Source: Lama guanicoe (lineage: Eukaryota). From it: a DNA stretch of 64,000 nucleotides. The DNA lies in NCBI GenBank assembly GCA_013239625.1, contig MU053334.1:124001-188000 (forward strand), in the 5' to 3' direction. Position numbers and translations under genes: made by a program. The notes below the pieces were generated by a model. That model was given only the letters and a program-made list of their open reading frames with translations. It was not told the DNA's origin and made no database searches. Positions 63,872 through 64,000 of this stretch are shown piece after piece (the stretch's first letter is position 1; each line of letters starts with the position of its first letter).

Positions 63872-64000
63872 CACATAGGGTTGTACCATGTCTCGTTTAT
63901 CCATCACCCGTCGATGGACACGTGGTGGTTTCCATGTTTTAGCTGTTGTGACTGATGCTGTGAACGTGGGTGTGCAAATACCTCGAGACCCTGCTTTCGA

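Overview
GC-rich mammalian genomic DNA, not prokaryotic. The tRNA-derived SINEs resemble camelid Vic-type elements (from recall), so the source is probably alpaca or camel. Gene order matches human 11p15.5: the 3' end of DRD4 (+), complete DEAF1 (-, 12 coding exons, 565 aa), TMEM80 (+, 5 exons, 143 aa) head-to-head with DEAF1 across a CpG-island promoter, and EPS8L2 (+, 20 coding exons, 717 aa). I reconstructed exon boundaries by hand and the reading frames close correctly. Almost all ORFs in the supplied track are spurious GC-rich or repeat frames. Notable points: an ~830-bp tandem duplication of TMEM80 exon 1 (real CNV or two haplotypes assembled side by side); a ~3.6-kb 22-bp minisatellite with nested 153/348/90-bp higher-order repeats in EPS8L2 intron 4; an 18/21-bp coding VNTR in DRD4 exon 3; two GC-AG introns in DEAF1; a dense TTCG (DEAF1-site) cluster in the shared promoter; a consensus CTCF site between DRD4 and DEAF1; and old transposons strongly shifted toward GC/CpG. 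There are two assembly gaps. I found no convincing evidence for a wholly new gene or biological system.
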